Assembly: GCF_001447785.1 (NCBI RefSeq)
Contig: NW_015175435.1
Location: 214,432 to 278,431 of the forward strand
From: Gekko japonicus
Taxonomy: Eukaryota
Length of the DNA: 64,000 nt
Direction: 5' to 3'
A program made the translations under genes and the position numbers. Under the pieces are notes generated by a model. That model was not told the origin of the DNA. It ran no database searches and saw only the letters and a list, made by a program, of their open reading frames with translations. Position 1 is the stretch's first letter, and every line of letters starts with the position of its first letter. Below are positions 22,277-37,098 of the stretch, one piece after another.

Positions 22277-22520
22277 CAGGAAAACTAAGATCATGGCATC
22301 CGGCTCCACCACAACTTGGCAAACAGAAGGGGAAGTCATGGAAGCAGTGACAGAATTCATGTTCCTGGGATCCAAGATCACTGCAGATGGTGACTGCAGC
22401 CATGAAATTAAAAGACGCCTGATCCTTGGGAGGAAAGCGATGGCAAACCTAGACAGCATAATAAAAAGTAGAGACATCACCCTGCCAAAAAAAATCAGTA
22501 TGGCCGAAGCAGTGGTATTC
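22277..22520 (+). mobile_element. BovB (RTE) LINE internal fragment
   Basis: KTKIMASG...FLGSKITADGDCSHEIKRRLILGRKAMANLDSIIKSRDITLP, the characteristic BovB RT C-terminal region. Confidence 0.92.
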
Positions 22521-24234
22521 CCAGACTCCATGGGTTTTTACTCAAGAACCCTCTTCAGCAACTTTTAAAAGGTCATCGGGATAAGATTTTCTGCTGCTCA
22601 CAGAAAGCTGGCGGCATCAACCACATAGTAATGAGTTTCTGGAAATTAACTTCACAACCATAAAAACAATGGTGATACTATGATAGATCTTGTAAAATTA
22701 CTTTTAATTAGACTTACATGCATTTATTTAATAACTAAGCAATGCAATAGTCCTGCACAGTAAAATACTATTTAATATTTGGTAAGTAAAAAGGTGGAAT
22801 AGTCTAACACCCTATGAAATACCAAGTCAGTTAGTTAACATTTTTGAACATATAACAAATCTGGGCAGTGGCTCTTTGTATTAGCAAGTTAATTGGCACC
22901 TGAAATTAAGTCGCTTATCCCCAGATTTTTTTAATGCTGTTTTTTAATTTTTTTTAATTATTGCATATGGATAGATATGCTTTGGATACTCCCCCCACAA
23001 GCTAATATCTATTAAAACAAATGAGGAACAATGTTCCCAAATGCTAGCATCAAAAATAATATAGCAGCTACCATGAAACTTAACAATTCATAAAATCCTA
23101 TTCTCATGAAAACTGCATATCCTTTTCTTTCTTTCTTTTTGCAGAAAAAAGTCCTGGATCCTTTGAATGACACACAAATAAAACAGGAGGATTTGCAAAT
23201 CCCTAATCTGAAGCTCAAAAATCATTTTATAACTGTATGATTTTATAAACATATGCTTTTTGGAACAACAGATTCCAAATGCATGAAAATTTACTCATAT
23301 TATTTGAACCTATGAAGTCATCTAAACAATCATGTCATTATATGACTGCAAGGGTGAATAATTCCACTAAATATCTATAGTTTAGAGAAGTACACTTAGA
23401 TAATTGCTCATTATTTCCATATCTCCTTTGACTTCCAGTAATATCAGAAACCATGTAGCCTTTTCTACAAAAATAAATGAAAGAAAACAGAAAACAATGA
23501 AGACAGCCACTCAAACAAACAAACAGTGGGGAGAAGGCAGAAGAGTGAGAAGAAGTAAATAAATTTAAAACCAGGGTGAAAAATCCTTAAATGATGATGA
23601 ACATCCACATACACTACTCTGTTCTGCAAATTATCACCACTACTACAATTATTATAAATAATTATTATGTGTTGAATACTATGACTCTCTTCTATTAAGG
23701 CTGCATCCACATGGAGCTTATTCTCCATTTTGGCTTCCAAATGGCAGCATTTTTTCATGGGGGGACACAATCGCATAACATTATCCTCCAATTGTCCACT
23801 AATCATAGAAATAAATTGACTATTTTATAGTTAGAGATATACAGTATGTTTTTTTCGCCATAGCCTGTGTTCCGTTTTATCAGCCTCACTGTGACTAGCT
23901 TTCCACCGCTTAAAGGAATCCTTTTTATTTTCATCTTGCCTATTTTCTCTCGGAAATTTCCCATTTTCAGTAATATCCTTATACACAATAAAAGTACATT
24001 AACATTAGGATTCCCCAGGGATCTGTTTGGAGATCATTGATATTTACTTATTCACCAATGACTAAGGAACAAGCAATGAAACAGCCAAGTTTTCAAGAGA
24101 CACCCAATTATTCAGTATGGTACAATCCCACACAACCTGTGAAATGCTTAAAAATTATCTCTTGAAAACATGGGTGACTAGGAAATAGAATGACAAATGA
24201 GATTCTATGTAAGTGCAAAGTGATGCACTTCAAA

Positions 24235-24400
24235 TAGACCTATGCACATTGATGGGGCCTAAATTAGCCGTCACTACTCAGAAAAGAGATCTTGGGGTCA
24301 CAGTAGAAAGCTTGTTGAAATGATTCACTCAGCATGTTGCAGCAGTGAAAAGGAAAATTTGATGTTAGGATTATTAGGAAAGAGACTAAAATAAAACAAC
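24235..24400 (+). mobile_element. CR1 RT fragment, degenerate
   Basis: gaaaagagatcttggggtc...cagcatgttgcagcagtgaaaagg...atgttagga (ERDLGV..QC.AAVK..MLG-like). Confidence 0.65.
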
Positions 24401-24762
24401 CTCTGCATCTTTAAAAAAAAACCCAACATCAACCAGAAAATATCCCCCCCAAACAGGCCATCCCACAAAGGGTAGGACACAACACAGCCAGTTGTTGGGC
24501 AGAGGAGGATGGATCACTTGTGTTTGTGTGTAGGTGCCAGATTATTAACTTCAACTTAACTTTAAACACTTGAGGTAACCAATGAAGTTGTTTCAGAATT
24601 GCTGTAGTATTTTCATATTGGCTTATTCCATTATTTGGCAGACAGCCACGCTTTGTACATGTCTGGCATCTGTTGACAGAATGACAGATATCAAGAGTAT
24701 TGTTGATCTGATCTAGTAATGAAATCCTTACATAGAATGTTTTTGAGAAGAACTTTTCTCCC

Positions 24763-25290
24763 TAGGGATGGGCATAAACTGGTTCCTGAGTCAAAATTCA
24801 TCATGAACTTGGCTCAGTTCGGAGTCCCCAAACCAAGGTTTGGGGAAGGTGCCTTCCTTGAATATTTACCGGACTTTTGTCCGGTTTGGCTGTTTGGTCC
24901 ATTTAAACCTACCAGCTGAGCAGCATGGGTCTGCAGCTCACCTGTTAGGTTCAAATGGCTTTGAGCCATTTTAGCAGTGGGTTTCGCTTCTTCCCACTTG
25001 GAAGTCGGGTAAAGCGAAACAGACTGTTGAAATGGCTCACAACCATTTAAACCTAACAGCGGGGTGGATCTGCCCATCAGCTGTTAGGTCTAAATGGCTG
25101 CAAGCTATTAGTTTCGCTCTGCCCTGCTTTGAAGCTGGGTGAAGCAAAATAGACAGGTTCAATGGCTGACAGTCATTTAACCCTTCCCAGGCAACCCCAC
25201 TTGGCTGGTTCAGTTTGGGGCATTTTTGGTTTGGTTCAGGAACTGCCCTGAACCCCAAACCAGAATTTTTAGGTTTGTGTCCATTTCTTT
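24763..25290. mobile_element. Non-autonomous hAT-like DNA element
   Basis: TAGGGATGGGCATAAAC start; degenerate inverse gtttgtgtccatttct at ~25273-25290; internal repeated motifs. Confidence 0.55.
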
Positions 25291-25807
25291 TTCTCCCACT
25301 GCTTGCTATTAATCCTTTAATTTTTCATAGCCATGTTCCATATGCTACAAAACATAGAAGAGATGTGAGTAGTAGTGGGCTCCTTGCCATTCATTTTCAC
25401 TGGCACTGAATATTTTCATCCAAAGGAGGATAAGCAGTTTTGATACATGAGTTTTGAAATTCTTGAACCATTATTATGCACAACTGGCTTTATTCTCAAT
25501 TTAAAACACATATTTAAATGCTGCTGAATATGATTCACCATTCTAAAACACAGCTGTAATGACACTGTGAATCACCGCTGCGTAAACTGGCTTAATAGCA
25601 CAATGGTGAATTGCCACTTTCTTCCCCCTCACTGGCCTGCAAAGACAATGTGCAAACCCATTGCTTACTTTGGACATTTTTTAAAATTTGCTTTGAGAAC
25701 ACAAAACCACAAATATTCACTATATTCCTACATATTACAGATCAGAAAGGCATGTATGGGCAGTGCAAACTGTCATTCAATTTGCTTCTGTGAAGAAATG
25801 CAGTTTT

Positions 25808-26498
25808 TATCCTGGAAGGTTTGAGATAAACAAAGTCTCCCCTTTGTTTCTTAACAGCGCCCCCCCCCCCCGGGCAGAGAACAGGCTGGGTAGGAGGAAG
25901 TCTGTCAATGACTTTCCTGGCCCATCTCAACTACCCCTTAAGAAATGCTAATGGGTCTAGCTACAGACAATGGAATGGCCAAGCTCCCCCCTTCTCCTAG
26001 CAAGCTCCCCTCCTTCTCCTAGCAAGGAACAGAAGTCTGGAGGAATGAAATGCTAGATAATTGTTAGGAAAGGGATTCCTGGAGATCTCCAGGAAATGTT
26101 TCCTTGACCTGGCCTGGCTGGGTCACTGAGAGGAGAAACAGATATGATAACAAGAGGGAGCTCTCTTTTCCTGGGATGCTGTGTCCATGAGCACACACAG
26201 ACCTCTCCTCTTGCAAAGCAGACATTGACCATGTGCCCACCTCAAGAGCTGGAGCAAGCTGTAGAGACGTGTAACTACCTAAACTAAAGGAGTCTGTCCT
26301 ATAGTTTAATATCTAATGGAGCATGTATACAGAGAGGGACAGAGGATTTGCATTCTACTTATTTCTTCTGTATCCCTTGCTCAGTTTGGGGCTGTGCAAA
26401 AAGTATGCTTGTAAACATTTTCTTTTTAATAAATAATTTACAACTTTGGATGCTGGCTGTGGTTCTCTGTACCACATAGGCCTCCAGCATCCTGGACA
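25808..26498 (+). mobile_element. Possible solo LTR
   Basis: AATAAA at ~26428 followed by a U5-like segment ending cctggACA; 5' end degenerate, no clear TSD. Confidence 0.35.
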
Positions 26499-28381
26499 TG
26501 CTATTTTAAAAGGAGTGCCAGGGAGGAAAGGCAGGCAGTTGGCATGGCCATTCCTCCAGGGGCGCACAAGTCAGTAAACTGTCTCCATGGTGACCAGGTG
26601 CTGGGCCTCAGGAGACACAGAGGTAAGGCCTCAGAACTTGGAAGGGAAGGTGGGAGTCCAGACCCTCCCAGTGGGCAATTCCATACAATGGTCAGGTGGT
26701 GATGGCGAGCTACCTGACCATGGAAGAAAAGCCTCTCCAGGAGTTGAGAAAAACCTAGGAGGGCAGGGCAGAACAGGGCCTGCAAGCCAGAACAGGGATG
26801 TTCTGCCACAGCTTCTAACATCAACAGAAAATATATGGGCAGCATTTTCATGGTTGGAAGGATTTACACTTGAAGAACACAACTTTTTCACCTCTCCCTC
26901 CTGCTGCAGCCTCAAATTCCCTCTTCCCCCAGAAGCAGCATTTGGAGCTACAGCAGGAGGGAGAGGAGATAAAGTCTCATTTCCTATATGGAGATCCTTT
27001 CACCTAAACAAACACTACTCCTGATACAAGCCATAGTAATTTAGCCTTAAATCCTCTGTTTGTGGCAGAACTTATCAGTATCAGCTTTTAAGCACCACAT
27101 TCAAAATGCTGCTGGGGGGCATGTATATGTCAATGGCATGTGTATCTCTAATTCTGACATGGATGAGAATACACTTTTCCTGTTGGTGTTCCTCTGATTG
27201 CTTTTTCTGGGGAAAAACACTGTAAAATTTAACTACAGGAGCACAAATACATGCATATTCTCAAATCTTACATGTACACCAATACAATGGTTTTTTTAGC
27301 AACATAATCAGGAAAAAGAAAAGAATGGTTTGAATCCTATGCAAAATCACTCTAGAGAAAAGCAACTTCCCATCTGCCATCTTTCACTGAAGACTTCTGT
27401 GCCTCTGGAAATTTTCCTCCTGTCAATCATTGGACTTAATAGAAACCTGGGGGTGGAGCAAACTGGGAGTCTGCAGCATGAGGGGAGATTCCCCACCCCA
27501 CCCCAAAAAAGCTGTTACATCAGAAGAGCTGCTGTTGCAACAAAGGAATAGCATCTTGGGATCCAAGTCCATATTTTATTTTTTCTTATGATATTCTTTG
27601 CTCAAAACTCAGACACAAGAATGGTCAGCAATGAGATGAGAGACATCTATTCTTGCCAAAGGCTAGAGTTTTTCCTGCAGCCAAGATTTTTTCCAGTAAG
27701 TGACTGCATTTCTACTTAGATTTAAAATGTGGACGCATTCACTGCTTTACAAACTAAATAATTTCAAGTTAGAATATTGAAAACAGCTGTACTGCAAGTG
27801 CTGTTCCTCATCCTCCCCACACCATTGGTCAAGATAGCTTTACAGATTACCCTGAAAGAAGACACTGAGTTGGGGCTGGCAGGCTTACCATATCTTCGCT
27901 TATGGAGGGAGATTTCCTGTCTCCTGACTCGATTGCGTGTCACCAATCAACTGTGTGGCAGGAGGAAACTGGCTGGTGGGATGGGGGGATGTGATCATCA
28001 TCCCCAGTGCAATGACATATCATAGCATCAGGAGCAATGTTCTAGCACTTGCCAAAAACACTAGAGTCTGTAACTTCCAGCCTTCCTCTTCTTCCACTGG
28101 TTACCAGTTATGCTTGTCAACCCTTTGGCCTGGCAACAGTACAATATTTGCAGTATTTAAAACCAAGGTGCCTGCTCCCTCTGGATTTTGTTCTGGACCA
28201 CCTACCCTCCCCACAATACAAGATAAATATACTGGAGAATTGAGTACGATTTTTTTCTCTTTGAGTCAAATTGGCCATGGCAGGAGTTTTATATTCATCC
28301 CATATTGCATGTGAATGAGATAAAACATGTTATTGCTGATAGTGTGATGGGTCTGTTGTCTTAAAAAGTTCTCCTGGGTGG

Positions 28382-28642
28382 NNNNNNNNNNNNNNNNNNN
28401 NNNNNNNNNNNNNNNNNNNNNNNNNNNNNNNNNNNNNNNNNNNNNNNNNNNNNNNNNNNNNNNNNNNNNNNNNNNNNNNNNNNNNNNNNNNNNNNNNNNN
28501 NNNNNNNNNNNNNNNNNNNNNNNNNNNNNNNNNNNNNNNNNNNNNNNNNNNNNNNNNNNNNNNNNNNNNNNNNNNNNNNNNNNNNNNNNNNNNNNNNNNN
28601 NNNNNNNNNNNNNNNNNNNNNNNNNNNNNNNNNNNNNNNNNN
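28382..28642. other. Assembly gap (largest of five; others at 5734-5784, 45770-45872, 48670-48719, 59082-59176)
   Basis: Runs of N. Confidence 0.99.
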
Positions 28643-28749
28643 NCATTGACCAGCACATAGTATACCAATGGCATATCTTGCAACATAAATGATACATATC
28701 ACATTAAAATAGAAGCAGAATTTTAAAAGCAGGTTTTTTAAAATGGGAA

Positions 28750-29545
28750 AAAACTCCATAAAACCATATTAATTAAAATTAATAAAACTAAATATTAATT
28801 CTCCTCTTTTTGAGCTAATATAGTTTTTCTAATTCCTAGGGCAAGCCATCCAAACCTAGGCTCCCAATTATTAACTTCTGCTCACCTATCCGATAAAAAA
28901 CTTCTTAAAAGGTAGATTCTTTGCCTACAAGAAAGAGGAAGTGTCTTAGAGAAAGGAAGAGATTTGCGGATGTTGTTATATGCCTTACAATCAAATATTA
29001 CGTGTTTTATAGACTCAATACCATCTGCACAACAGGGACATATCCTTTCTTCATAAGGAATTTTATTAAATTTTCCTTCCAGGACTACAGATGGGAGTAC
29101 ATCCCAGCGCATTAGTGTAAATGCTCTTCTGTAGTCCTGATTTAGTAAACAGGAGAGGTAGGGCATAGGGATTATTCTGTTATCTGGAGCCAAGAGTACT
29201 TGCCATTTCCCTACCATGTTTAAATTGTGTTGTTTTGAGATATCCAGTATTCTCTGTTTTGCCATAGACGTGGCCTTTTCGTAACCCATAGAGCACAAAT
29301 ATTGTTTAGACAAGCCGTAAGAGGCTAATTTCTTCTCTAGCACCTTAAACCAAGGTGGTTCAAAGTGATCTAACATAATTAGACTTGTCAATCCCTCGGG
29401 TAGGAAAGCTAGCTTTAACAAAAACATTGTCACCACAATTCATAGCTTTGCCTCAACTTTTACCATAACTGTCTCTATACAAATAAGAGCATTTGGAACC
29501 CCATTGGGGACTTGTAAAATTGCTCTCAAGAATTTTGACTGAACT
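28750..29545 (-). mobile_element. RTE-X-like LINE 3' fragment
   Basis: ORF 28882..29436: YRRAFTLMRWDVLPSVVLEGKFNKIPYEERICPCCADGIESIKHVIFDC. Confidence 0.78.
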
Positions 29546-30281
29546 GTATATTAGGAAAGTTTGAGGAGAACCATGATGCAATAATTGGATTGTGAAAGGG
29601 AGTAAGGACATTCTTAGACCACTATCACAGGGCTAGGGATTCTGGTACAGGGACTCCTTTGGGGAAATTGCAATTCCCTAATCCAAAGTTCAGTGGCTAG
29701 GGGGAGATGTTCACTGTTTCAAACTGCCTGTTAAAAAATTCTTTTTGGTAATCATTAATGAAGCATTCATTCACTACTTTGAATTCTCTTCATTCCATAT
29801 GCAAATAAAAATTCAACCTCCTAGACCAACAAATTCTATTTAATATGTTGTACTTATAATGTACTTTGTTCCTTGTTCTACACAAGGGCTTCTTAATAAA
29901 AAATATTTGATTTCTAAGCTTTAATCATATAATGATCAATCAAAAACCTTCAAGTAAATGTTGGCTTGCACAATTAAATCACCCGTTAGCACTGAGAAAT
30001 ATGAGACATTTTTGAACAGCATTAATATTTATTTAAGCTAAAGTATTCAGACCATCACCTCCTTTTCATCATCTCATCATTATTATATTACTATTAATAT
30101 GAGTATCACATCAGCTCTAACATGAAAGCTGATTCAGCAACAATGAAAAGATTGTGATGAGTATGACATTGTGTATAAGAACTGAGAAATGTGGAAAACA
30201 GAGAAGAAAGCATGGAAATTCATTCTCCATTCTTGAAGCAGCCGTGTGATATTTTTTACGATACTGTGGTACTGTTTTACT

Positions 30282-30578
30282 TAAAGGTAAAGGTAAAGGT
30301 TCCCTTGCTCGAAAGCCAGTCGAATCCGACTCTAGGGTTGCGGTGCTCATCTCCGTTTCAAAGCCGAAGAGCCAGCGCTGTCCGAAGACGTTTCCGTGGT
30401 CATGTGGCCGGCATGACTAAACACCAAGGCGCACGGAACGCTGTTACCTTCCCACTGAAGTGGTACCTATTTATCTACTTGCAATTTCTTGCTTTCGAAC
30501 TGCTAGGTTGGCAGGAGCTGGAACTAGAGATGGGAGCTCACTCCATCATGCGGCACCCGGGTCTTGAACTGCTGAACT
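30282..30578 (-). mobile_element. Sauria SINE (5'-truncated)
   Basis: (AAAGGT)n tail, then the reverse complement of the 2722 copy; CpGs well preserved. Confidence 0.92.
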
Positions 30579-31646
30579 TTTACTTAAGGTCAAAGCTTAA
30601 AAAAGAGAACGATCTTCATAAACACAAAACCCCCCTGTAGTTCAGTTTTATCCAAATTACACAAAGGTGAAGCAATCTATTCACAAATTATATCAGTTTG
30701 GATTCAGTCTGCAGCTTTCATGCATGGAAGAACATTTCCACTCATGTCATGAGAGGGAACAAATTCTGCTGATTTACCCTTCTCACTCAAACATGCTATT
30801 CCTGAGGGTTCTCCCAGCTTCCTGGTGGAACTTTTCAAGGGGAAAAGGGGGCTGCAGCAAACATCAACTATGCAAGGAAAGTTTTGTCCACAGTTCTTTC
30901 CACACAACGTGATCTCAAGAGACAACGCCTCCAGGTGATAGATGTTTATTAAACACACAGAGATCTCAGCCTCCTGACTCCTCTAAAAAATTATAAAATG
31001 CCGTTGTCACATCCTGTGGTTTGCTACTGACTGACAAAAGCCACATGACATTCAGATAATTGCATTTTTTGGTAATGATTAGGCTTCAGGATTTTCCTAC
31101 CTGGAGAGGAAAATTCAGGAACTAAATGATCACAAAAGCACAGAAGAAAAATAAAAAAGAAAAAAAAATGAAAAGGGACTTACTACTGTATACTAAAATC
31201 ATTCTTTCTTCTGAACTCTACTGCCACATTCTGCTAGAGCACGTTTTTGTTTTCTTGTAAGACTAGGATTACCATGTTTTGAAAAGCAAAAAAGAGGGCA
31301 TATTTCCTGACTCATTCAAACAAGTGATCACTATGACAAATCTCATTTTAAATACCCCTACTATTTAAGCTGTGATCATTGCTACTAACTAGAAATATCC
31401 CTAATCTTCCAACCCCAAAAGAGGACATTTTCATCAATTTTTTAAAGAGTGCAAAACAGGATGGGCACAAAAATAACCCTATGTAAGACTGAAGAATTGT
31501 TATTGCAGAGGGGTGTTAATGAAATTTCAATGGAATTATTGTATATAATAAGCCACATTTTCTTTCCTTGTTTCTGTAGAAGGGAGCAGTAAAAGGAAAT
31601 GGCCTGTTCTGTACCAAAGTTGAAGAAAGGGATGTGTTCAGATTCA

Positions 31647-31964
<318 letters not shown>

Positions 31965-32234
31965 TCACTTTAGTACTGATATATCTATATATGACCAAAG
32001 TTCCCTAAACAGGGAAGACAGCTAGGTAGGACTGGATACCTACTGATGGAAAAAGAGTCCCGTTAACAGTTGAAATGACACCTCCCATGTCCTCAAATCG
32101 ACAGGTCCAAGGGAGGCACTGGGATGCTATTTCCACGCTGCCTCAAATTTTTGGCAGATAGACATAACAGGTCAATGCTAGGAGCACATCTGAAAGGAAG
32201 CTTAATACAAAGTTTTGTGCTTTTGCCCAGCTTT

Positions 32235-32818
32235 TGCTGGTGCAACAATTGTGTCCGTTCCTGGGTCAGTCAGATCTGGCCACAGTGATCCATGCCTTAG
32301 TTACACCCAGTCTGGACTACTGCAATGCACTCTACTTTGGGTTACCCTTTAAGAGTATATGGAGGCTGCAGCTAGTGCAGAATGCTGCAGCTAGACTGGT
32401 GGTCAGTGCATGTGACCCTGAGGGCATGTGACCCTGAGGGCCTTTTCAGTGTCAGCACCACAATTTTGTAACAACATCCCCAGGAAGGTGAGCCTTACCC
32501 CCTCACTTTTAGTCTCCAGCTATAATGTGCATGTGACCCTGAGGGCCTTTTCGGTGTCAGCACCACAATTTTGTAACAACCTCCCCAGGGAGGTGAGCCT
32601 TACCCCCTCACTTTTAGTCTTCAGGAGGCAATTGAAGATGGCTTTATTTAGGACAGCATTTGGTTAAGTTTAGTAGCAGTCCTGAGTAGTGATTTTAAAT
32701 TTTGGTTTTATGTTTTTAAAATATTTTGTTCTATGTGTTCTATTAATGTTTGTAAGCCACCTTGTTCTCCACAAGGAAGAAAGGCAGCTAATAAATGTTT
32801 TAAATACATATAAATAAA
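32235..32818 (+). mobile_element. L2 3' fragment with internal deletion and ~100-bp tandem duplication
   Basis: DLATVIHALV..LDYCNALY..LQLVQNAAARL; duplicated segment 32424-32517 / 32529-32621; gtaagccacctt 3' end. Confidence 0.85.
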
Positions 32819-35689
32819 TGGTGATTACACAGTGGAGACAGAAGCAGCAAGCTCAACTGCTTCCCCCTTTGGCCCAAAGCTATCACATGATCTGGGACAC
32901 TTTGATCTTAGGCGATGGATGTGGCTTCCCCTAAACAAAGAGACTGCAGTGGCTGTCCATGATGGCTCATGTAGCCAGGAAATATGGATGGAGAAAGAGG
33001 ATTTTTTTTTTAGAAAACTCCTATGTACCCTGCTTCTTCCCATTCACAAAAATTCTGTTGTGAGGAATGCAATGCTTTATAACCCTTGAGCATTGGCTTG
33101 AATCCACTGTATATTTTTAGTACCTGAAAAGAATCACATCTTCTCTCTCTTGCACTTTTTCACTCTTGAGCAATCTAAAACATGAACTCATTCTGTTGGT
33201 ATAAGTATCTATTGGTACAAGGATCCAGCACCCTAAGCCAAAAAAGTGTGACAATAGGTACCATGTATTAACTATTACCCTATGAATGCACTCTCAGCAA
33301 TTCATACTGAGGACCATCTTCACAGAAGCAAAAGGAAATTCTGCACACAAAAAACTTTAACCTATATAAATGATACAAATTAAACTTAGGATACATTGTT
33401 TATTTTGCTTTGACTACTATTAGAGTATGAAGAAAAGGAGCTATGAAGGACACTGAAACACTACATCCATGCACTTGGAAAGATTTAATTCTAAAAATGT
33501 AGGCTTAATTTCACTGCCTTCTATGCTTTGGGTGGATTATGTGTTTTCATATTGGTAGAAAATAACAAACCATTAGACACAGTGGGGCTTGAATAATACA
33601 TAATACTTAGAGGATTAAGCATAATACATTTTGATGTTTGATACATAATTTGTATCATTAAGGTATGCTTTTTTCAAGGTTATAACTGAAGCATTTAAAA
33701 TAATTTGATTATACAGATAGAGGTATTTTACAGACAATTACGGGGAAACATTCAACACATTTATTAATGTCATTCCAATCTTCTGATTGGCAAGTGCTCA
33801 TCTGACAGCACCATGGTCTTGGCCATCTAAAATATTCTTTTTTAGAATGCTAATTTTTCCAATGTTAAGAGACTAAACAGATCCCTGCATTTAATAATTC
33901 AACATTTTGCAGGAACAGTGCACTTTAGTCACTTTTTCAAATAATAAGAAATTCTTGATTACCTTTTTAAAATGTGATATTGTTTTAGCATTTCTTTCTT
34001 CAGAACTTTATTAATAACCCAATTCTCTTTGAAACATGCTTTGGGTGATTTTACGTATTTCAGATACACTAGGAGAGGATTTCTACAAAGAAGCTACAGC
34101 AGTATCTGCTCTGTCAAAAACAATTCTAAGCACGAATGCAAATTTAAGCAAAGAAAAACAGCTAATTTAAGCAAAGACATTTAAGCAAAGAAATGCAGAG
34201 GAATCTGCATGTTCATGGCATCCTTACGGAAAAATAATCTGAAAGGTTTATGCAAATGCATATCTTCTGATTGGCTAGGAACAGCTGCCAGATAAAATAG
34301 CAAGATTTCCATTTGATATAGCTGTTGAGAAATAAATGAACATGTATGCAAATCAATCCTGAAATAATCTGCACCCAAATGTGTGCTTTATTGGAATATA
34401 TTAAGCAGATGTACACCATTTCTTCATATTTAGATTGTATGCAACATTTCCATTTGAGAAGATCTTCCCTAAACAGCAGTTCCTATTTTTATATGGCAGA
34501 AACAGAGCACAGGCATGCAACCATCCAACAAACAAACAAACATAAAATGCATTTTATTGAACCTCAGGTATTTGAAATTGGATTAATAAAAAAATACAAA
34601 AAAAATTAAGAAGGAAATATGATTTTTGTAGAAAAACACTTTGATCTCAACACATCTATAAATATATAGTCTTTGGGCTTAAAATATGATCAGAAATGTG
34701 CATTCAGATATTAACTAATCAAACCTGAACTTCATCCCCCTGTTGAGTAATATAATTATATCTATGCATTTAATTATTTATTATATTATCTCTAAACTGT
34801 CTTTGCTCACTAAGGGGGCCTCAAGGTGGTTTACAACACTAAAATGAATTATAAAACAATACATAAATTAAATTACCATCTATCCACATTAAAAAAGTTA
34901 AAGACAACAATAAATGTCTTTCTTTCAGAGATGGCCATTCAGATCAACAGCAGTAAACCTGAACAGAAGGTTTTTGCAAGTAAAGCAGCCTTACACAGCC
35001 TACACAAGCTGGAGAGGGTAGAAACAGTTCTTACTTCTACTAGCAACTCGTTCCAAAGTATTCCACCCCACAAAATTCTTGGAACACAAAAGTCCTCATC
35101 ATTCTAAACGTCCTTTTAGAGGGGACAAAAAAGAGTGACTGGTTTCATGAATGGGGCTGCCATATAGGTTCTTAACAGGAGAGGTGGATATGTAAGCTTC
35201 AGGCACCTTCAAAGGTTAAAATCAGCCCCAAAATATATCAACAACTAACATAAATGTTCTAAGACTGGCATAATATGACAACAATAATAGATCTTAGGCT
35301 GCTTCCACATGGAGGTTTTGCTCTGGTTTGGTATCCAAACTGACTGTTTCTTTTTTCCAGAACATCCATATGATATTGCTGACCATTCACCCACTTTCCG
35401 GGTTTTCCTCTGCTTTGCTTTGATCTTTTCCAAACCTGACTTGATACAATCTTTTTACAAATATTACAAAATATGTTTACATACTGTATGGACAGGAAGG
35501 CACATATTTTTGAAAATCCTGCTCACATTGGCACAATTTTCCTTGCCTCACTATTGGAGTACCATTTCCCTCATTCCTGCATCACCTCTCAAATGATTTA
35601 ACAGGATGGAGTAATCCAATGTATCAAAGAACCTAGGTCACCTATGTCTGTCTCTAAGTGGAGTTTGTCCACCAGAGCAACTTATCGCA

Positions 35690-35805
35690 CTTTGCGTGCC
35701 TAAATTGTTTTAATGTGTTATATTTTATTGCACTGTTGTGCCGTGTAAGCCGCCCTGAGCCCGCATGCGGGGAGGGCGGGGTATAAATGAAATTAAATAA
35801 ATAAT
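35690..35805 (+). mobile_element. L2 3'-end stub
   Basis: cgtgtaagccgccctgagcc..ggagggcggggtataaat..(TAAA)n, nearly the same as 17895-17985. Confidence 0.75.
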
Positions 35806-37098
35806 GTTGTCTCTGTCCCAACACCAGGCCAGATTGCTCTGGGTCAAAATCAGATGCATTATACTTACTACAAATTGAAAATTTAGTAACAGTAACAGTT
35901 TAAAATCCATTTTTGAGTTTAGTAGTCTGTCCTAGGTACACAGAAGTCAGAGGGAGAAAGAGGGACTAATGAATCAGTTGATAAGGCAACTGGCAGGAAT
36001 GTTTCCTAATTAGGAAAGTTATATAGAACTTGACATTGGAGAACTTCATACCATTCACATGGCTGGATCACTTGATTCTACATAAGCAGTGTTTCTTATT
36101 TGCTTGCTAGTCTGTTCTCTGATATTGCAACTACTAGGTATGGAGAAACCTAACTGGTAACACAAAAAAGACTGAAACAGAAAAACTTACGACTGATCTA
36201 GATGAAGCATGAAAGACTGTGATAACAATCCAAATTTCTCAAATCTTCTTAAAAACAGCCACGGGGGGGCATATGTGGACTTTCCACCACCACCCCAAAT
36301 TTTAGCTAACAGTGAAAAGGTGATGCACCTTGGTTTAGTTAATTTAACTCAGGCTCCATCCCTCAAATCTCCAGGAATTTCCCAACCTGGAGTTGGCAAC
36401 CCTTTCCAGCCAGCCATCAACCTCCCTTTATCTGCCCCTCTGACTTTCCATCTCCCCTCCACCTGCAGCCTCTACTCTGCTCTGAAGCTGTGGTAGCCGC
36501 TTGAGCAATGTCAGATGTATTGCATCCTCACTTATGTTTCTGCTTATGCAAGATCTTATGCAACCAATTTCTGGGCACTATAATATATAGGGACGGAAGT
36601 CCTAGGTGTTACACTAGATCTTGTGCAAAATCCATTTTTGAGTTTAGTAGTCTGTCCTAGGTACACAGATCTGTCCTAGGTACACAGGTATGCAAGATCT
36701 TATGCAACCAATTTCTGGGCACTATAATATATAGGGAGGGAAGTCCTAGGTGTTACACTAGATCTTGTGCAAGTGGAACTGTGCTAAGTCGATTCATAAT
36801 TCCACTTGCATATTGCTGGATCCAGACCACAAACACATGAAATATGGATATACTAGGAGTAAGGCCCATTGTGGGAAGAAATTCAACAAGCTCTAGAAAG
36901 AGGTTCCAGGTGAGTGTCCTGGCTGGGACTCATGGAGGGAAGGGGAAAACAGAGGGAGGCAAGCCATGTTTATTTCCTCCTGCTTAGCCATAAGGCATTT
37001 TGCTGCCCCAAGTGGGTAATATGAGAGGAGAGCCACATGGAAACAAGTATGGTTCCCTCCACCCCTGACATATGTTGATTTGAGGCTATGCACTGCCA

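Noticed and set aside
28266-28759. ORFs spanning N runs (also near 45.8, 48.7 and 59.1 kb)
   Set aside because: Artefacts of assembly gaps.
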